IMG/VR virus record: IMGVR_UViG_2934377003_000001
Coordinates: 13,687-77,686 of that record
Direction: 5' to 3' (one strand)
Origin: a virus
Lineage: Duplodnaviria; Caudoviricetes
DNA length: 64,000 bases
In this document: piece after piece, positions 58,601-64,000 of the stretch
How positions within the stretch are numbered: the stretch's first letter is position 1
Layout: every line of letters begins with the position of its first letter
Notes under the pieces: generated by a model
The model's input: only the letters and a program-made list of their open reading frames with translations
What the model was told of the DNA's origin: nothing
Database searches by the model: none
Translations under genes and position numbers: made by a program

Positions 58601-60870
58601 GCCCGCGCTTGGTGCTCCCAGTACGAGCGGTCGTCCTCGTCCAACTGGTCCCAGTCCGGACCTCGCGGGTCGAACCGCTGGTTCAGCCAGGCGGGCAGCG
58701 TGTCCGGCTGGTCGGCGCCACTTTCGGCGGCTCGGCGGCGAAGCTGGGTGGCGATGTCGCGGCACAGTCCCTGCTCGACCGAGCCAGCCCCGTAGCGGGC
58801 AACCAGGTCGGCGGCGGCCCGGTAGGTGGCAGCCGTGGCCTCGGCGGTCAGCGCGTCGACCAGCTTCTGTGCGCTGGTCTCGTCGCCGCCCCGGCGGGAC
58901 GCGAGCCCCGACAGGATCGCCTCGGCGGGCGTGCGGGTGGCCTGGCACCAGCGGCAGGCGAGCCCGTTCCCCCAGTCGTGACCGGGCGGGTTCGTCGGGC
59001 ACGTGGCAGCCTGCTCGGTCGCCATCTCGGCCGCGAGAGCCTCCGCCCACACCTCCTCCGACACCGGGTCGACGTGGGTCAGCGCGATGTAGGCGCCCTC
59101 CCCCTCCACCCAGACCACCGGGTCACCGGACGCGGACAGTTGGGCTGCGGTGCGGGTGCGGGTCACGAGGTGGGTACCCGTGCCGTCCTCCGGACGGCAG
59201 CCCGGGTAGGCGAACACCAGAGTGCCGACCGGGTACAGGGCGTTCCACTGCTCGGCATTCACGACGCCACCTCGGTTCCCTCGGCCGCCTGGTCGGCGAG
59301 CTTCTCCAGGTGCTCGGCTGCGGCGTCCAAGCCGTGCGTGTAGCCGTTGAGGTACTCGCGGGAGTACTCGCCGTCCGACGGGCGACTCTCCATGCCCTCG
59401 ACGGCCGTCGACGCCTCGGAGAAGACGCTGGAGCGGAAGGCGCGCGGCTGGGCGAACGGGTCGTCCGCGTGCGGCATCGCCTGGTGGTAGAGCCACTGGG
59501 CTCCCAGCGCGTCCGCGCCGGGGTCGGTCGAGTCGAAGATGAACGACGACAGTGATCGGCCAGCCGCCGCCAGGGCGTTTTCCAGTTCGGCGACCCGGGC
59601 CCGCAGCTCCTCGTTCTCCTTCAGCAGCTTCCGCGCCACCGGGTGCCGGCGGGCCTGGTCCTGCTCCCACGCGGCGTACATCGCATCGTGGTTGGCGTCC
59701 TCCCGCAGCCACTCGATGACAGCCAGTCGAGCCGTATCCGAAGTCGAGCCCGTCACTGTGCGGCGCTGCACGTAGTGCTCCTGCGCGGAGTCCACAACGC
59801 TCGGCCACGGCTCGCTCTTCGAGAACGGGAAGTGGTCCTCCGGCAGCATCCACGACGCGGCAGCCAGTCCGGGGATCTGCACGACCACCTGCGTGTGCTG
59901 CTCCGATGGGTGCATATAGTCGAAGGCGCCTAGTTGGACACGGACCACGATCGAGTCGGTCATGCCGTCACCTCGTTCTGGGTTCCGGCGGCGTGCCGCA
60001 GCCCCATCTCGACCTCGTACAGGGCTGCGGCCTTCACGTGGTCCGGCTCCAGGGCCTGCAGCTCGCGGAGGGCGGCGACAGCCTTGGCGATCGCGTCCGC
60101 CATGGCGGCGGCCTGCGTCTGCTGGCTCTTCTGCGCGGTCTCGGCGGTGTGCTGCGGGGTGAAGACCTGCGTGCCGTACTTGGTGGCCGTGGCGCAGGGC
60201 CAGCCGGTGACGACGCCCTCCTCCTGGCAGACGGCGCACAGCCACAGGTTCGGCACGCCGCAGTCGTCGAAGACGGGGACGTGGAAGCGGGCCGGGAGCT
60301 TCGCGTTCTCCTCCAGGGAGAAGCCGGCGAGGATCTCGTAGTGCGGGTGGTCGGGGGCCTGGAGGAGCGTGGCGCGCTGGGCGCAGCCCTCGTGCTCCAC
60401 CGGCTCCCCGGCCGCGACGTTGCCACGGCAGGTGCCGCACGCGGACGGGTCAGCGGAGGTGCTGCCCTTGGCGAGGAACTCGGAGCGGGCCTTGACCCAG
60501 AACGGGTCGAGATCGGAGACGGTCATCGGCCGTTCTCCTTCCGGTACGTGGAACCGGTGATGCCACCCGGAGTCATGCCGATACCGGTTCCGCTCGCCAA
60601 GAAGCTGCCCGCGGACTGGTAGCCGCGTCCGGTGCGACTGGGGGCGTTGGAGCGGAGCTTCTCCGTCCACTCGCCCCAACTGACGTGCACGTGCGTGCCC
60701 GCCACGAGCGCCGCGTGCAGAGCGGCGGAGTACGGCAGCAGGTAGTCGTGGCGGCCGTGGGCGTACTTCAGGTCGTTGCACAGGCTGCAGTGGCAGCCCA
60801 TGCCGTCTTTGCCGGACAGTTCGTCGTCGAACGGGGAGAAGTCCAGCGGAGTCTGGGATGATCGAGGCAC
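55668..60870 (-). other. Cluster of about 13 early hypothetical genes downstream of xis
   Basis: Coupled ORFs, e.g. 55991-56533, 56646-57110, 57993-58331, 58328-58549, 58549-59262, 59259-59963, 59960-60526, 60523-60870. Confidence 0.6.
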
Positions 60871-60961
60871 GTGAAGCCCCTTTCGTTGCGTGCTCTGGAT
60901 GGGGTGGAGCGTGAGGTCGTCGCGGGCTTAGCGGGTCGCGGCGGCCTCTTTGCGTTGCCGG

Positions 60962-61288
60962 TCAGGCGGCGGCGCGGGCGGTGCTGAGCGGCTTGGCGTA
61001 CTTGTTCGGCACGCGCTCGCCCTGGGCCTGCACCCAGCGGATGTGGTCGGCCGTCATGCGCGGCGACTTGCCGACGTAGGTGTGGGGGATCCGGCCGGCC
61101 TGGATGTTCTCGACCACCCAGTTCTCGGTCTTGCCAAGGAGTTCGGCGGCCCGCGCCGGCGTGAACGCGGTCAGTTCCAGCTCGGCTGGGCTCGGGCCGG
61201 AGGCCAGTCGCTCAACAGCTGCGGTGAGCTGGGTCAGGTGCAGGATCAGGGTCTCGTCGGTGGGGGGATCCAGATCGTTCTTGATCAC
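60962..61288 (-). CDS. Excisionase-like HTH protein
   Basis: FTPARAAELLGKTENWV...IQAGRIPHTYVG...R. Confidence 0.75.
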   Translation of the reverse strand: MIKNDLDPPTDETLILHLTQLTAAVERLASGPSPAELELTAFTPARAAELLGKTENWVVENIQAGRIPHTYVGKSPRMTADHIRWVQAQGERVPNKYAKPLSTARAAA

Positions 61289-61493
61289 GGGGTGTCTCCT
61301 TGTGGGTTATGGCGGCGATTGGCACGGCGAGACGCTCGGCGTAGCGGTGGAGGGTTTCGGCTCCTGCTCCTTGTTGGTCGCGTTCGACCTTGGAGAGGAA
61401 GCCGACGTCTCGGCCGATGTCTTTGGCGAGCTGCTGAAGGCTGATCCCCCGTGCCTCGCGGATTGCCTTCATTGCGGCCCCGTTCGGTCTCAC
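61212..61493 (-). CDS. Cro-like XRE HTH protein
   Basis: AIREARGISLQQLAKDIGRDVGFLSKVER; divergent from the repressor. Confidence 0.8.
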   Translation of the reverse strand: MRPNGAAMKAIREARGISLQQLAKDIGRDVGFLSKVERDQQGAGAETLHRYAERLAVPIAAITHKETPRDQERSGSPHRRDPDPAPDPAHRSC

Positions 61494-61547
61494 ACCCGCA
61501 ACGTAGACCCAATGACGGCTGGAAGGCAAGCCGTTGCGCCGGATTCG

Positions 61548-61595
61548 TTGGGTGTGGTTCGGGATTGCTTGGGTGTGGGTGGCTGTGTTGGGTGT
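61548..61595. promoter_or_regulatory. Three TTGGGTGT direct repeats in the cro/cI switch region
   Basis: Copies at 61548, 61569 and 61588, spaced about two helical turns. Confidence 0.6.
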
Positions 61596-61749
61596 CGAAC
61601 CATGGCCATAGGAGTGCGGTGAGCAAGGGCGCACTCACAGCGCGCGAGCGCAACGAAGGGCCAACGAGGCAACAAAAATGCGCCCCCATCACCGATCAAT
61701 CCTGGTCAATTGGGGGAATCGATGGGTGCGTGTTGCCAACCGGTGCGGC

Positions 61750-62304
61750 ATGATGAAGGCCATGACAGAGGACCGGACCACCTGGCAGTGGGGCAAGCTC
61801 GGAGCAGCCATCAAGGCAGCCCGCGAAGCGCGCGGCCTCCGCCAGATCGACCTCGCCGAACGCGCCGGCGTCAGCGAGGGCACCGTCCAGAACCTCGAAG
61901 GCGGCGAACCGCGCTCGCGCATGCCGCAGAGCCTCGCCAAAGTCGAGCCCCACATCGGATGGGCGGCCGGCTCGGGCCTCGCCGTCCTCCGCGGCGGCGA
62001 ACCAACCCTTGTCCCGGTCGTTCACGAAGCCACCGCCACGCTCGGACGCGGCAATGATCCGTTGCGGGAGAAGCTGCCGCTGCGGGTCGTCGACGAGCTG
62101 GAGAGCGACGACCCGCTGATCGACTCGCAGGTGATTCAACTGCCCGGCATTCCGGGCGCCCGCATGACGGTAGTGGTGCACGGCAGTCGGGATGCGACGC
62201 CGGAGCAGATCCAGGAGGCACTGCTCGCCTGGCGGCGCGCCGAGGCGAACCTGCACCGCCTGCCGGACGACCCCGACGAACCACGGGCAGCGAACGGGCA
62301 GTAA
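61750..62304 (+). CDS. Immunity repressor (XRE HTH)
   Basis: LGAAIKAAREARGLRQIDLAERAGVSEGTVQNLE; lies between cro and the integrase. Confidence 0.85.
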   Translation: MMKAMTEDRTTWQWGKLGAAIKAAREARGLRQIDLAERAGVSEGTVQNLEGGEPRSRMPQSLAKVEPHIGWAAGSGLAVLRGGEPTLVPVVHEATATLGRGNDPLREKLPLRVVDELESDDPLIDSQVIQLPGIPGARMTVVVHGSRDATPEQIQEALLAWRRAEANLHRLPDDPDEPRAANGQ

Positions 62305-62411
62305 CTATCTGCACAGTTCGTTGCGCACGATCCCTCCACATTTCACTCTCTGGTGTGGTCTCATATCCGGACACCACAAAGGGGGGCACCCGTGGTGGTC
62401 TTGGGGGACCT

Positions 62412-62630
62412 ATGAATGTGCGGGTTCTGCGCGTGTCAGAGATGCCGTTCAACGTGGACGTCTGGGTTGACGACCGGGACGACGGCACCTTCGTCATCTA
62501 CATCGACCGTGACCTGATCACGGACCGCGGCGCGGGGGCGCTGCAGCAGATGCTGGGCACCACCATCGCCGGCTGGCGGCGGTTGGATGATTCACACGTC
62601 TACGCCACACTTCGAGCCGTCACCGGCTAA
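62412..62630 (+). CDS. Small hypothetical protein between repressor and integrase
   Basis: 72 aa with a GGGGA RBS. Confidence 0.6.
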   Translation: MNVRVLRVSEMPFNVDVWVDDRDDGTFVIYIDRDLITDRGAGALQQMLGTTIAGWRRLDDSHVYATLRAVTG

Positions 62631-62653
62631 CCAACAGCTCGGCGAGGTGCACG

Positions 62654-64000
62654 ATGGCGTATGGGGAAAAGCGCGGCTACGACAAGAAGGCCCGCAAGTG
62701 GCGGTACCGCGGGCGGTACAAGAAGCCTGACGGGACATGGGGGTCCGTCAGCAAGGACGACGAGGGGCAGCCGTTTCACACGGAGCGGGCTGCGGAGGAA
62801 TACGCGCACGGTCTGGAGACCGACGTGCGCCGCAAGACGTACCTGGACCCGAAGAACAGCCGGATCACTGTTCAGGAGTGGTCGGAGCTGTGGATCGAGT
62901 CGGTGGAGCTCGCCAATCGCAGCGACAAGACGTACCGGCAGCGCCTCCGGTCGGTGATCGTCCCGAGGTGGGGGAAACTCGCCATGGGTGACGTCACCAC
63001 CGTCGCCGTCAAGACGTGGGAGCAGCAGCTGCGCAAGCAGTACAAGCCCCGGTACGTCAAGTCGGTCATGTCGGTGCTGCGTGTCATGTTCGATGACGCG
63101 GTCGCCTCCAAAGTCCGTGCCGACAACCCCGTTCCCACGCTGCAGTCGCGGCGGCGCGGCAAGTTCAAGGGGAAGCAGGAGCACGACGAAGTCGTCATCG
63201 CGACCCCGCGCCAGGCGCTGTTGCTAGCGCGGAATGCGAAGGCGATGCGCGGCGTCGTCGGCTACACGCTGGTCCTGACCGTCGCCTACTGCGGCCTGCG
63301 GATCTCCGAGGTCGCCGGTCTGCGCCGGGAGCACCTCGTCCTCGACGACCACGGCCAGGGATGCCGTCTCCTGGTGCAGGAGCAGAGCCAGTACGTGGAC
63401 GGCGAGAAGCAGCAGGTGCCGCCGAAGTACGGGTCGACGGGCAGCATCATCCTGCCGCCGTTCCTCGCCGGCCTGCTGCGGCAGGTGCTGGCATCCCATG
63501 ACAAGGAGTGGGTGTTCCCCAGTCCGACGGGCAAGAAGATGGACACCGGGGCCTACTTCTACGCGGACATCTGGCGGCGCTGGGTCGACGGCCATCAGGC
63601 GGTACCCGACCGGCAGGGGCGGCCTGCGAGGCTTCCGGGCATGCAGGCCGTCGCCGGGATCCGGGACATCGTGCCGCACGGGCTGCGGCACAGCATGAAG
63701 GTGTGGCTGGACGAGCTGAAGCATCCGCGGGTGGCGGTGGAGGAGCGGATGCGGCACGTCCTGCCGGGCGTGGAGGGCACGTACTCGCACACGACGCTGG
63801 CGATGGAGTTGGACATCGCCGCGGATCTGCAGAAGCTCTGGGAGACAGCGCTGGGGGTGAGGGACCACCATCGGGAGTGGGAGGCTCCGCGGCCTCGCCG
63901 GAAGCGGCAGCAGGGGTTGAAGTTGATCTCCCAGGAATCTCCCACGGCCTTGCCGGTCGATGTTGCCGAGGTCGAGGCTGAGGGTGGTGAGGTCGCGTGA
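62654..64000 (+). CDS. int: Tyrosine integrase
   Basis: N-terminal arm-binding and SAM-like domains; catalytic residues in GLRISE, PPK, HGLRH and GTYSH. Confidence 0.95.
   Translation: MAYGEKRGYDKKARKWRYRGRYKKPDGTWGSVSKDDEGQPFHTERAAEEYAHGLETDVRRKTYLDPKNSRITVQEWSELWIESVELANRSDKTYRQRLRSVIVPRWGKLAMGDVTTVAVKTWEQQLRKQYKPRYVKSVMSVLRVMFDDAVASKVRADNPVPTLQSRRRGKFKGKQEHDEVVIATPRQALLLARNAKAMRGVVGYTLVLTVAYCGLRISEVAGLRREHLVLDDHGQGCRLLVQEQSQYVDGEKQQVPPKYGSTGSIILPPFLAGLLRQVLASHDKEWVFPSPTGKKMDTGAYFYADIWRRWVDGHQAVPDRQGRPARLPGMQAVAGIRDIVPHGLRHSMKVWLDELKHPRVAVEERMRHVLPGVEGTYSHTTLAMELDIAADLQKLWETALGVRDHHREWEAPRPRRKRQQGLKLISQESPTALPVDVAEVEAEGGEVA

Larger units (their letters stand above)
1..64000. mobile_element. 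Temperate siphovirus-type actinophage/prophage (Streptomyces-like); the left end, with lysis and remaining tail genes, and the att sites are outside the window
   Basis: Head, tail and packaging modules, replication and recombination genes, cro/cI switch and tyrosine integrase; no host housekeeping genes seen. Confidence 0.95.

Noticed and set aside
1-64000. Diversity-generating retroelement, retron, or lysis cassette
   Set aside because: No reverse transcriptase motif or TR/VR pair seen; no endolysin or holin in the window (probably beyond the left edge)

Overview
This high-GC actinobacterial window, most likely from Streptomyces, is almost entirely one temperate siphovirus-type prophage or phage. 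Left to right: (1) tail and head morphogenesis genes on the minus strand (1-14034), including minor tail proteins, Dit, a tape measure protein with M23 and transglycosylase domains, frameshifting tail chaperones, major tail, P22-like capsid and scaffold; (2) a divergently transcribed packaging block on the plus strand (MuF-like, TerS, TerL, portal; 14191-18521); (3) a long leftward early/accessory region of small genes, interrupted by small rightward regulator cassettes that each have their own palindromic operators; (4) two cytosine methyltransferases, a replication initiator and loader, an HNH protein and a Sak4/RecE-like recombination module; (5) the xis/cro/cI switch and a tyrosine integrase at the right end. 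The most notable feature lies inside the phage early region: an apparently complete Streptomyces-type conjugation module (about 26.9-36.1 kb). It has a TraB/FtsK DNA translocase, a clt-like array of phased 8-bp repeats directly downstream, Spd-like membrane proteins, a divergent Kor-like repressor and tandem Nudix genes, but no AICE Rep or integrase of its own. This suggests an integrative phage that may also spread by TraB-mediated mycelial conjugation. The second notable feature is a C5 methyltransferase whose variable region is dual-coded, with a 411-aa LLPTP-repeat protein overprinted in another frame. All family assignments come from motif recognition by eye; no database searches were run.
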